DNA of 64,000 bases from Eledone cirrhosa (taxonomy: Eukaryota): NCBI GenBank assembly GCA_964016885.1, contig OZ024742.1, positions 25,358,001 to 25,422,000 of the forward strand, written 5' to 3'. Shown here in pieces: positions 33,625-44,957 of the stretch; position 1 is the first letter of the stretch; the number at the start of each line of letters is the position of its first letter. The notes beneath the pieces are model-generated. The model was not told the origin of the DNA. It did no database searches and was given only the letters and a program-made list of their open reading frames with translations. A program made the translations under genes and the position numbers.

Positions 33625-33900
33625 TTCTAGTTGTTTGAACAATGGAACAGTTTATGTGTGAAATTAAACTGCATGTGGCTGAGCATTCCACAAACATTTG
33701 TATACTCAAAAGAATGTTTAGAGAGATTCAGCATGTTTTAGGGAGGCCCAGCATGACACAGTGTTTGATGCAACATAGCTTGCATTTTGACTTAAAAGTA
33801 AAACCTACTTTTGCCAGCTGAGGAGACTAGAACAACATAAGTAAAGTGTCTTGCTCAAGGACACAGCACTCCACTAGGAATCAGAATGAAAAACTTAACA
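33625..33900 (-). mobile_element. Degraded tRNA-derived SINE (family B) fragment
   Basis: Reverse-strand similarity to the copies at 35295, 39318 and 54365 (GTGTCCTTGAGCAAGACACTT; GGAATGCTCAGCCAC). Confidence 0.6.
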
Positions 33901-34149
33901 GTTAGGGTATTTGTCTTATGCCAGTGATATAATGAGGTAAAAGATCAAACCACAGGCATCACTATGCTGTGTCTATATTGAAACCTTTTCCCATTTAGAC
34001 AAGATATAGTTTCTATTTTGAAATAATAGTGAGGTTTAGGGACAACTTTGTGTTCACCCAACCAGTGATGGAATTGGGTTGGATAAAATATGTACCAGTA
34101 ACATACTGGTGTTAATCAAACCTGTGACAACATGGATGAATGCTTTTAG

Positions 34150-34330
34150 GAGTTCTCTTCACAATCATTAGGTCCTAGTTATGATCCCACTGCATGGTAT
34201 CTCGGCCATGTTTTATTTCCTTTGGCCTCTGATCAAACTATGACATATGAGTGAAATTTGGTAGACAGAAACTGTTTGGAAGCCTGTCAGATGGATTGTA
34301 CCTGTAATTTGAAGAGCCAATCTAGTCATA
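34150..34330 (+). mobile_element. Degraded SINE (family B) fragment
   Basis: Shares GAGTGAAATTTGGTAGACAGAAACTG...GTACCTGTAATT with the copies at 35295 and 39318; decayed B-box region. Confidence 0.6.
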
Positions 34331-34963
34331 GGTCTCTTGTTTATTTATTTCCAATTGCAGGGATAATTTACCCAATTTTCTTAACTATTACTTATAGTGA
34401 TTGACTATTATTATAGTCATTTGCATTGTGGATACACAAATTACACATTTCAAGTTTTCCCCCTACTTCTTAAGCCAAACACTTTGTTGCCATACATATA
34501 TGAATACATTCACATGCTTACACACATGCACGTTTGTGTGTGCGTGTGAGAGAGAGAGACATGCACACATATAAATAAATACACAGATACATAATATATA
34601 CATGCACATAGTAAACCCATGATTGTATATTTAATTAGTTCAAGGAAAACTCCTCTGCATATTGAAACCATGGTAATTGAACATCATAATATATAAAAAT
34701 TAATTCACTAATTAGTTCAAGAACTTGATTGAATTTTTATCAATGCACATTTACCACATTTTAATGTAATATTAATAATTATTAAGAAAAGCGAATATGT
34801 GTTCACTATTTAATGTTCTATTAGTGTACTGCAACATATATATGGAGTAGGAATAAGTTATTTATATAAATTTATTTCTCAGGAAAATTCATATCAAGGT
34901 CATTTTAACCACATTATGATACTCTTTGACTCTCTCTACATACATTTGTTTGTAACATAAATG

Positions 34964-35254
34964 TTATTTCTGAGTGTTGCACCAAACACGCATGTTTTGT
35001 TCGATGTTAGCATCAATATACATTATTAATTGCTTGGACTTTTCAAATTCTCGAAATATTGTATTAACTTCCTTCACAATAATTTCTTTCAATTGTTGTT
35101 CACTTTGATCAGCATCTAGATTGTTCCTTTTCTTCAATGCACACTTTTCATTGAAATTAAAGAAACCATGATCACCCAATTCCTCAAAATATCGGTTAAT
35201 CTGATCATGAACATTTCTATTATCTGTTTCAAGCTTTCTTTCAATGTTAATCAT
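34964..35254 (-). CDS. Candidate coding exon or small ORF (96 aa, charged, helical/coiled-coil-like); product unknown
   Basis: Stop-free 291 bp in very AT-rich non-repeat DNA, with protein-like composition (E/K/N/Q-rich). An in-frame stop lies 6 codons upstream of the ATG, with AG dinucleotides nearby. No homology search was possible. Confidence 0.35.
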   Translation of the reverse strand: MINIERKLETDNRNVHDQINRYFEELGDHGFFNFNEKCALKKRNNLDADQSEQQLKEIIVKEVNTIFREFEKSKQLIMYIDANIEQNMRVWCNTQK

Positions 35255-35294
35255 TGCTACAACCTTATCTTATGTTTGTGAATGCAGCAATACT

Positions 35295-35590
35295 GAATGG
35301 CTGATTAAGATTCAGGTTCAATCCCACTACATGCTATATTAGACAAGTGTCATTTAACGAAGCCTCAGGTTGACCTAAATCTGTGAGTGAAACTTGGTAG
35401 GCAGAAACTGTGAAGAAGCCCATTAGATAGATTGTGACTGTAATTCAAAGGGTCAGTCCTGTCACTCACACACTCTGTTATGCCAAATTTCCTTGAATAT
35501 TAGATCATGGGCACACGTGACTATGGAATACTCAGCCACTTATACATTAATTTCACGAGCAGACTGTTCAATTGTTTAAACAGGTAGAAC
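35295..35590 (+). mobile_element. Degraded SINE (family B)
   Basis: B-box-like GGTTCAATCCC, then GAGTGAAACTTGGTAGGCAGAAACTG, CTGTAATTCAAAGGG and CTCAGCCACTT...TTAATTTCACGAGCAG, shared with the 39318 and 58733 copies. Confidence 0.7.
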
Positions 35591-36202
35591 ATTCTTCATA
35601 AAAACAACATTCCAAGCCTTTTTATTGGAAAGTCACTAGAATTGTTTGTACAAGGGTTGGCTGAAATGTTGATGGGCAGACTATGAAGAAGGGATGCTGT
35701 GAAATCATGTATGCAATAATTTCAACTCTTCTTATTAGTAACTACATCATTTCTTTCCAGGGGATATGTTGTAACATAAACCTCATTTGGTCATTCCATG
35801 AGAGTATCTTAGTCAGCTGACCCTTGTAAATATAGTTTCCAAACTGACAATATACTGATTGTTGTTAATTCATTCAATAATACATAAATATTTTATTGAT
35901 GTAGTTTACATTGAAATATTTCTAACATTCTACTATGATAATGCTATTTTCTCTTGTGACTTTAATTGTTTGAGGAAGGTTTTTAGAAATATAACTTTAA
36001 AGTATCAATTATACCTTAGTTCAGGGTGCAAAAATGATGTCATATTCAGAGATAAAAATATGAATATCACATTTTCACATATTATTAAGAACAGTAGTGT
36101 GACTAGGAGCATTGTCTCAAGTTAGTAAACCTTTGAATTACAATAAAGTTAGAGAAATATAATTTAGAAGCCTATATTCAAAACTTTAGAAAATCATTTG
36201 GT

Positions 36203-36490
36203 CAATTGAATCGAGAGATGACAGCTCTGATACTATGGGCATAAGAGGTTAGAATGTCTCAAGAAAGTATCGCTGGACAGATTTTATAGGAAAAACCAAC
36301 TGACAGGAGACCCAGGGTTAGACCCCAAGCAAGATGGTTAGATAACATCCATGCGATTGGCTGATCACGCTTGGAATCCAACCAGATTAGCTGGAGTTGG
36401 TTGCTTCTGACAGGATTTGCTGGAAGGAGTGTTTGAGGACTCTACCCCCGTGACCCTTTCAGGAATAAGTGGGTGAAGAAGAGAGAAAGA
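36203..36490 (+). mobile_element. 3' end of a Rex3/Expander-like RTE LINE, decayed
   Basis: Conceptual translation with stops/frameshifts: IER*QL*YYGH..RMSQESIAGQIL*EKPTDRRPRVRPQARWLDNIH...LELVASDRICWKECLRTLPP*P, then a GAAGAAG tail. This matches the RTE C-terminal pattern (LRW/YGH..RM...GRRPRGRP..RW). Confidence 0.75.
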
Positions 36491-36557
36491 TTTTTTCTGA
36501 AAGAGCTTGATTCTTCAGGTAGTATGGTTAATAACATTTAATATTCTTGTTGGTATT

Positions 36558-36706
36558 ACTTGGGCTTCCAGCCATATCATTTGGAAATGGTTGCTTCCAA
36601 TGAGGCTCTCTGGAAGGTGTATTTGAGGATTTTTCCCCCACAAACCTCTCAGGAACAAGAGGGCAAATATAATCTCAGGAATAAGTGGACAAAGAAGAAA
36701 AAGAAG
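36558..36706 (+). mobile_element. Second, shorter Rex3-like RTE 3' fragment with GAA-rich tail
   Basis: LGFQPYHLEMVASNEALWKVYLRIFPPQTSQE parallels the previous fragment; both share CAGGAATAAGTGG before the tail. Confidence 0.65.
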
Positions 36707-37499
36707 CTAAACTTTTGGGAAGTATTCCTTGCTGTAGCCTCTATGAACCTTAGGTTTCTGTGCATACTATATAAGTATGAGTTTTGATTTAAATATTCCC
36801 CTTGGCATTTCTTCCTAATAAAAGTATTATTCAATATTTCGATTCTGTAAATTCAAATTGTATTTTGTCTTACTTTATCAAAAAAGCACTTTTTTTTCAT
36901 AATAGGTCTTTTTCATTGAAATTGTATATTTGTCTATCATTATAAACACTTGTTTGGTTATATTTATCAAAGCAATGGAACATTTTTGTGATACATTTTT
37001 GTTTCCACTTGTACTCCAAGCCTTGTCTCTTTTACAAACATTGTGTATTTTTGTTAGATATTTGGGATCTCTGAAATGAACAAGATTTAATAGTGAAGAA
37101 TTCCGTTGAAATCTCATTATCTAATGTTATATTTTCTTTAAATGTATAGCAGATACCTACATTTTTCATTTTAATTGTCATTGCGCTTAAGGGAATTTTT
37201 TAGTTGCAATCTTCCATCCAAAAAGACTAAATAAGCTCTCTTTCAATCATGAAGCTGCTTTTATTTCTTGTTTTCTGATAACCTGAAGTTACCCTTTTCC
37301 TTTATTCTCATCTTTCTCTTTTATAATTGTTTCTACTGCTGTTTCATTTATTCCCAAACCTTGCCATAATCTTACATTGCTGTCACCTCATTGATATCTT
37401 CTCATATGATCTCCAATTTATCATCCATATTTAACACTTTGTTCTTCATCTTAACACCAGAAATGTTCTCATAGGTGGGTTTTTTTCCTCGATAGTCAT
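36707..37499 (-). pseudogene. Decayed Tigger/pogo (CENP-B-like) transposase
   Basis: Minus-strand translation across stops/frameshifts gives, in the correct order: KNKVLNMDDKLEII..RYQ*GDSNV...LGINETAVETIIKEK (CENP-B N-terminal HTH); SFWMEDCN*KIPLSAMTIK (second HTH); YNDRQIYNFNEKDLL*KK (cf. QIFNxDETGLxWKK); SKY*IILLLGRNAKG..FKSKLILI*YAQKPKVHRGYSKEYFP (cf. KDRLTLLLGxNAxGDFKLKPLLIY). Confidence 0.85.
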
Positions 37500-38189
37500 T
37501 AAAGGTAAGTAATTTGTGTATTATATTTTGATGGAATTGAACAACATCATAACTACACAGAACTCAATATATAATAGCATCCAATCCAATCCAATCCAAG
37601 GCCTTCTCAATCCTGTTGGAGGAACACTTCCCTGGTTGACCTTCACCTCTTTCTTTTTGGTTTTAAATATGTCAAGGGTCTAGCTGTACTCACAATGCTT
37701 GTCCAATTGTGGATTGGTGAAGCTATTTAACCCATAGTTGTGGTGGATGGCCATTGACTCTCAGGAGTTTATCCACCCTTTTTACAGCTCTTGTTTTTTT
37801 TTGTGCTGTTGGGGTTCCACTTACCCACATCACCTGACCAGGGTTTGGTGGGAGAGCCGATTTAGTTGTATCACATTTATAAAAAAAAATTGTGGCTAAT
37901 TTAACGTTTGATAAGGTCAATGGTTAGAGTCACTCATCAACTAGACATTTCAAGGACTTCAATGTATATTCTGTAGGCCAGAAAGTTTGATATGCTATTA
38001 GCAAGATAGCTTCAGTATGTGATACTGTTAGGTGCAGGCTTCATCATTCATGCTCATAATTATGACCAATACCTACAGTTATTGAACTTGAAATTTTAAC
38101 ATAACTACAACAGAAGAAATTTCCTCATTATTTGAAAAGATATTACAATGCTAATTGAGATTAGATCCCTGTTAGTTGAGATATGGCAT

Positions 38190-38410
38190 AAATTGTTTCT
38201 ACTTTAGGTACAAGGCCAGAAATTTGAAGGGGAGGGGAAACTCGATTAAATCAACCCTAGTGTATTACTGGCGCTTTATCTTATTGGACCCCATAAGCAT
38301 GAAAGGCAAAGCTGACCTCTGCGAGGCTTGAACTCAGACCATAAAGTGCTACAACTCTATTCTGCAAAGCATGTTGTTTGGTGCTCTACTGATACAGCCA
38401 ATCTGCTGGC
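38190..38410 (-). mobile_element. tRNA-derived SINE (family A)
   Basis: Reverse complement of the 43373 copy (CTGAGTTCAAG; CTTTGCCTTTCAT; CTGGCCTTGTACCTAAA). Confidence 0.8.
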
Positions 38411-38419
38411 ATAAATTAA

Positions 38420-38422
<3 letters not shown>

Positions 38423-38462
<40 letters not shown>

Positions 38463-38620
38463 CCCTCTTCCCTCTCTCTCTTTTCCCCTATATTTCTCTC
38501 TCTCTCCCCTCTCTCTTTCTCTCCCTCTTCCCCCTCCTTTTCTCTCTCTTTCTCCCATCTCTTTTTTCTCTCCTCACCCTCTCTCTAACTCTCTATCTTC
38601 TCCTCCACACACTCTCTCAT
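38423..38620. repeat. (CT)n microsatellite and polypyrimidine tract
   Basis: Directly visible. Confidence 0.95.
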
Positions 38621-39317
38621 ACCCACACAAAGACAGACACACACTGAGAGAGATTAAAGTGAGATCCATGTTAGATAGGATTTCGTATAAAACGTATTAT
38701 ATACATATACACACATAAATGCACATAAATGGACATATACACATGAATGTATATGAAATAAAATAATGTCAAACAGATGGTTAAACAATTTATGTCATTT
38801 CTTATCCACGGTTCAAGATTTTGAATCATAGAATAAATTTCATTTTCCTTCTTTTTATTCCATCTCTTCTCTACTTCATGACACCTCAGCATTTCGATTG
38901 AAGAAGAATCCAATGTGATTTTCTCCATCTACTGGAAAAGGGTGTTGTATGTTACTGACATCATATTTGCTGGCAGGGTGGGGGTGGGGGATGTTTAGGG
39001 ATTAGGGATTTATATTCTCAGAAAATATGAAATGAAAAGAGACTAATGTAACAATAGATTGAAAGAAATCTGAGGAATTTCTGACGTCTAGAAATTTCTC
39101 AGCTCTTTATCCCAAGAGATTAGCATTGACACATCATGTATACAGAATATTTATTATGATAAAATAGTTTCAAATAAAGGTGTACATACAGTTCTCTACT
39201 CTTTAGATCTCATTGGTTTCATGCTCTCCCCACTCAGGTACTTCCCATTCACTTCTTGTTCCTCATTTCATCATCTTTAGTGTGCTCAGCATTTTGTCTC
39301 ACAAATACCCAGCATGG

Positions 39318-39620
39318 ACAAATAGTTAAGAGGTGCACTTCCAAATTTCCCAATCATTAGGTCCAGGGATCAATCCCACTCTGTGACATCTTGGGCATTT
39401 ATCATAGCTTCAGCTCAACCCATGCCTTATGAGTGAAATTGAGTAGAAGAAAACTTTTTGGATGGTCTGTTGTACCTGTAATTCAAAGGGCCAAGCTTGT
39501 TACACACTTTATCATGCTGAATCTCCCTTAGGGTTATGTTAAGGGTACACGTGCCTGTGGAATGCTCAGACACATGTTAATTTCTTTAGCAGACTGTTCC
39601 ATTCATCAAACCAATGGAGG
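39318..39620 (+). mobile_element. Degraded SINE (family B)
   Basis: Same motif order as the 35295 copy, including GTTAAGGGTACACGTG..TGTGGAATGCTCAG. Confidence 0.7.
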
Positions 39621-39674
39621 ATCAGGCCCATGGTCTTGCAATATCCACTATGCTCAGCCCTTTATTTCCAGAAT

Positions 39675-40190
39675 GTTCGTGCACAATAACCTCCTGCATG
39701 TACAGGTGTTCAAGTTCCGAGGTGCACAATAGTTTCCTGTATGTACAGGTGTTACTATTGCCGAATACACAATAACTCCCTGAATGTATGGGTGTTCCTA
39801 TTGCTAGGTGCACAGTAACTTCCGGTATGTGCAAGTGTTTTTGTTGCCAGGGTCACAATAATTCAATACATGTAATGGTGTCCCTGTAGCCAAGTGCATG
39901 ATACCTTTTTAGTGTACAGGTGTTAATCTTCCCAGGCATAAAATAACTTCCTGTATATACAGGTGTTAATCTTCCCAGGTATAAAATAACTTCCTGTATA
40001 TACAGGTGTTAATCTTCCCAGGTATAAAATAACTTCCTGTATATACAGGTGTTAATCTTCCCAGGTATAAAATAACTTCCTGTATATACAGGTGTTAATC
40101 TTCCCAGGTATACAATAACTTCTTGTATATACAGGTGCTAATGTTCCCAGGTGTACAATAATTTCATGCATATACAGGTGTTACTGTTGC
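39675..40190. repeat. 43-bp minisatellite, about 12 copies (CAGGTGTTAATCTTCCCAGGTATAAAATAACTTCCTGTATATA)
   Basis: CAGGTG recurs at 39917, 39960, 40003, 40046, 40089, 40132 and 40175; upstream copies are diverged. Confidence 0.92.
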
Positions 40191-40223
40191 TATTTTATTA
40201 AAACATGTGAAATATTACTGGTA

Positions 40224-40320
40224 TTAATTTCATTTGTCTCAGCATAGGTGATAGGTAGATCATCTCCTCCAGAACTAAACAATGAAAACCTCCTGCACAC
40301 TTCTACACATTTAGACATGT

Positions 40321-40363
<43 letters not shown>

Positions 40364-40749
40364 TATACACACACAAACACACATACACACACACACACAC
40401 ATACACACACATACACATACACACACATACAAACACACATATACGCACACACAGGCGGCATGCACACAAACACCCATTCAGACATGTGCACACACACACA
40501 CACATTCAGATATTCGGACATGTGCACACACACACAGAGGTATATAGTTAAAGTACACAATTCATTAGTCTGCACACACACACACACAAACACACAGAGA
40601 CATACATGCACAGACATTCATACACAATACATACACATACACACACACACTCAGACTCAGATAAGGTGCACAATTCTTTAGTCTTTATATAATTTCAATT
40701 TTATCTTCAAGTGCACATTTCAGTTAGTGCAATCATACAAGGTTTAATA

Positions 40750-40785
<36 letters not shown>

Positions 40786-41852
40786 TGTGTGTGTTTGTAT
40801 GTATGACTTTCTCACTCTCTCACAATAAAAAACATACAAAAATATGTGTATGTATGTACATTTATGTACGTACATATGTATATATGCATGTAAGACTTTT
40901 TCACTCTCTTTCATGCACACATACATAAATATATATGTATATATATATTTATGTGTCTATATGCATAGATATGTATGCATGCATATAATTATGTGTGTGT
41001 ATTTATATATATATATATATATATATACACATACACAGGTGTATATAGAAGCGTATATAATCATATATAATATGTTTGTATACAATAAACATATATATTT
41101 GTATAGAGCATGATACATAAATACATACACACAGATATACAAAAATACACATATATCAGTATTAGATCATTTTCTTTTTTTTTTTGTTTTAAACTAGTCA
41201 TTTCTAATGCTTGAAGCTTTTCCTGAACAGGTCCAGTTGTTTTGTTAGTTGTAAAATTTTTTTTATAAGCTGATTCTCTTTGTTTAAATCTAGAAGAATA
41301 ATGAGAGTTATTATTAATATTACAACAGCAATAATTAAACTAATTGGAGGTTAAATAAGTACTTCCTTCTTGAATCTATTTTGATAAATATTTGTTGTGG
41401 TGTCTGAGTTGTTAAAGAGCTGAAATCTGACAGCTGTTGTGTTCAATCTGTTTCTGCAGACATTGATAATATCTTGTGTTTTTTTCTAAACAGAAAATGA
41501 TCATCATCATTATTGTCGTTTTAATATCTGCTTTACCTGCTAGCAAGAGTTGGACAGGTTTTCATAGACCAAGTCAGTACACAAGGGGAGCCACTGATCT
41601 CTCAGATAGGTCCATGATCTGTGTCTCGCTTATGTATGGCCTCACATTCAACCAAGTGCACAGGAGAATTGTCATGTCTTTGACACAATTGAGGTTCCTC
41701 CTGACCCTTTTTTTGTCAAAATTTCTATGGCTGGATGCCCTTCCTATTGCTTACCACTTTACAACATGTACTGGGTGCATTTATCATGTAGATCACAAAA
41801 CACTGAATGTGTGTTTGTGTGTGTATATGTGTGTATATGTGTGTATATGTGT

Positions 41853-41897
<45 letters not shown>

Positions 41898-42003
41898 TGT
41901 GTGTGCACATGTGTGAATGTGTGTGAGTGTGCAGGAGGTTTTCATTGTTTAGTTCTGGAGGAGATGATCTACCTATCACCTATACCGAGACAAATGAAAT
42001 TAA
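40224..42003. repeat. Inverted repeat pair (40224-40384 and 41807-42003) enclosing about 1.4 kb
   Basis: TTAATTTCATTTGTCTC...GATAGGTAGATCATCTCCTCCAGAACTAAACAATGAAAACCTCCTGCACACT plus the following (CA)n tract is present as reverse complement in the right arm. Confidence 0.9.
41499..41790 (-). mobile_element. Old RTE-type 3' end (LINE or SINE tail) with decayed (ATG)n
   Basis: GGCTGGATGCCCTTCCT motif and TGCTAGCAAG..TTGGACAGG stem, related to the copy at 49560-49810. Confidence 0.6.
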
Positions 42004-43109
42004 ACTGGCTGTAACACCACTCACATTATCATGAATAGGCACAAAGACAGCAGGACCTGCTTTCATCACCATCACCAACAACAACAAAAAAACAGCAACA
42101 AATGCTGAAGTACTGATAGGTTACTAACATTTCTTAATCTGATTGGCTATTCATATACCACCATTTCATTGGCTATTCACATGTGACTATTTGGTTGGCT
42201 ACTCAGGTGACAGTATCACATTTATTACTCTCCCATGCTATGTTATGCCCAATCACAACTAATTGGAATTACTTGAACACAATGTTAGGACACTAACGCC
42301 AAAATTAAAGAAATAAGACAAAAAAATAATTAAGACCACTACATGTATTCTCATTTACTAAAAAAATCTCTGTTTCTTAAAAAAGCAAAGATTCTACTGA
42401 ATGAGAACCAGAAAAATAATATGCATTTCATTTTATTAATATAGCTATATTTTATCAATTTAAGTGCTTCATAAACCTTTGAGAATATGTTGCAAATTCA
42501 TTCAAAGAAGGAAATTAGGAAAATTGGAATTCTACTAAATTTATTGGTAATTATATCAAAATTGTAATTTGATAGAGGCAGTTTGACATTTGGCTTGATA
42601 TATGATTTCATGTTTGCAATTAAAACTAAATGTCGTGTCAAACTGAGAAACTTACTCCAATTAGAAAATGGTGATTTTGAACAGATGCAAAGAAGAAACA
42701 ATATTTCATCCCAACTGATTCTTAATTTTACTTTGACAATCAGAATTTCATCCAATGGATGAGAGTATTTCTTTAGAGGTGAATCATGCTTTGACTGTGA
42801 GAGGTTATTGTATGATAAAAGACACACACACATATATTACTGGTTGAAATAAGAGATAACATTTATTTTTTTCTCTAGTCTATTGCATCACTGAGCACTG
42901 CCCTATGTATCTTGGGTATGTACAGTGTTTTGTTTTAATTTTGTTTCTGTTGTATTGAAAATATTATACGTAATATATATATCTCTTCTTAAATGATCGA
43001 CAAGATCTCAGATATTATTTGCTTACCAAGTTGGGTCAAACTTGTCAAATCAGACCAAAGAAACAATATATCTATTGGTTTTTCCATTGCTGATACTGTC
43101 TACCGGTCG

Positions 43110-43240
43110 CAACTTCTGGCAAAAGGAGAAACGTGTAATAAAGTGTATTGCTGAAGGACATAACATATCACCTGGTCTGGGAATTGAATTTGCAAACTCA
43201 CGATTGTGAATCCCATTCCCTAACCACAAAGTCACATGCC
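43110..43240 (-). mobile_element. SINE head fragment related to the 54365 element
   Basis: Reverse complement resembles 54365-54480 (A box, GTTTGCAAATTCAATTCCCAGACCAGGTGATATGTT, ACACTTTATT). Confidence 0.6.
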
Positions 43241-43372
43241 GTCACTGTAATATTTAAGTGCATCTGCTAATGGTTATCTTCTCTGTTATAATTAGTTCCT
43301 GGAGATGCTTTCTTTCTGGGATAAGGTTGATCAGCTGGAAATAATGGGTTTTATTATCCCCACCCCCTCGAA

Positions 43373-43830
43373 GGGCAGTGGATTGGCAGTAATTAGTACA
43401 GCGTCGGACAACATGCTTCATAGCATAGAGTTATGACCCTTTACATTCTAAGTTCAAATCCTGCTGAGAAGAGCTTTGCCTTTCATCCTTACAGGGTCAA
43501 TAAAATAAAGTACCAATCATGCACTGGGGTTGATATAATCAATTTTCCCCTCCCCCCAAAATTGCTGGCCTTGTGCCTAAATCAGAAATCATTATTTTCC
43601 CCAGCTCAGGGCAGTGGATTGGCATTATTGGTATAGTCTCATACAAAAGGCTTTGCAACATTACTGACAACCCTTTATATTCTGAGTTCAAATCCTGCCA
43701 CGGTTAGCTTTGACTTTTATACTTACAGTGTCAATAAAATAAAGTACCAGTAATGCACTGGGGTAGATTGAATCTACTTCTTCCTCCCGCGAAATGAATG
43801 ACTTTGTGCTTAAATAAAAAAAAAAAAGCA
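43373..43830 (+). mobile_element. Two tandem tRNA-derived SINEs (family A; about 43373-43596 and 43608-43830)
   Basis: Each begins GGGCAGTGGATTGGCA (A box), has GTTCAAATCC (B box), a central TTTGCCTTTCATCCTT...GTCAATAAAATAAAGTACC core resembling the Meta/MESC-type SINE domain, and GCACTGGGGT. Confidence 0.85.
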
Positions 43831-44556
43831 TTTTTCCCACCTTGACATATTCAGCTGTTACTTTAGCATTTAATCCGGCCATATCTGGCCAGAATTCTCT
43901 CACCTTTATCTATTTAAACCAGCCGTAACTGGAACTTATACTGATGTTAATATATTGTTCTCAAAATAAATAACATTAAAATCTTATAGATTCGATATTA
44001 TGTGAGATATTATGTAAGATAAAGCCTTTACCACAAAAAATACAATAGCATATATAGAGTAATGTAAATGCTTATTCTGTATTTCATTTTGTAGCTTAAC
44101 TTTTAGCCTTTTTAGACTTTTTGTATCTTATTTCAATCTCTGTTTTGTTGGCTTCCTTGCAGTTAAAAATAGTTTTGTATATCTTTTCGTTTTGTAGCTA
44201 TGTATTCCTCTTGGTTTTACATTGTTCTTTATTATATATATTTTGAGTTGATACAGTATTGGATTGCTATTATCGTGAATCATTACCAGGTGAAACTATG
44301 TGGAAAGGGACATTTTTTTAATGCAGAAATTCTAAATAGAATGGTAGAAATTTAATGGTTTGTGGTAATTTTTCCTTGTATGGGATAAAACAATATTCTA
44401 ATTTTTGAAATAAAATCTTTTTTGCCACACATAAACAAACAAAATGCTTACAGTATTTTAGAAGAACCTTAAAACATTGTACAAAACATAAAGATTTTGA
44501 CAGAAAAATTCAGTTACTCTAAGAACAGATTTATTTCACAGTAAGAAAGAAATAAT

Positions 44557-44652
44557 TAAACCTCGGCGGGATTTGAACTCAGATTGTAAAGGGACGTAAC
44601 TATGCTGGAAAGCATAGCGTCCGACCCTCTACCGATACTGCCAATCCACCGC
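44557..44652 (-). mobile_element. Isolated tRNA-like head of SINE family A between 20-bp direct repeats
   Basis: CACAGTAAGAAAGAAATAAT occurs at 44537-44556 and 44653-44672; the insert has A box TGGCAGTATCGG and B box GAGTTCAAATCC. Confidence 0.85.
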
Positions 44653-44957
44653 CACAGTAAGAAAGAAATAATAATTCTCTGACAGAAAATATATTTTTGA
44701 GTAATTTCAATAACCTGGTAAAAATGATAAAAACAAAAGTGGCATTATCACCCACACCTGTGCATGTAATTAGGCAATTTGGCCAAGACAAGAATCTCTA
44801 TATTTTCTTCTTTTGCTGGAGATATGCTTAACAGACGAGTTCAAGACATGAATTATCCAGTGGAGCCTATAAGGCTATAAATAAATAAACAAATAAATAC
44901 CATATTTCGTGGTTTATAAAACACTCTGATGCATTTGTTGGCCCCAAATTAAGAAGG

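Noticed and set aside
40190-41142. HT/CV/YI-rich ORFs (also 38349-38718, 51153-51945, 56657-57460)
   Set aside because: Translations of (CA)n, (CT)n and (TA)n microsatellites.
42140-42260. Cluster of ATTGGCTA/CCAAT motifs as a promoter
   Set aside because: No linked gene or start site; more likely a short decayed tandem repeat.
42498-42833. 111-aa minus-strand ORF
   Set aside because: No recognisable motif and AT-driven composition; could be a decayed element but cannot be supported.
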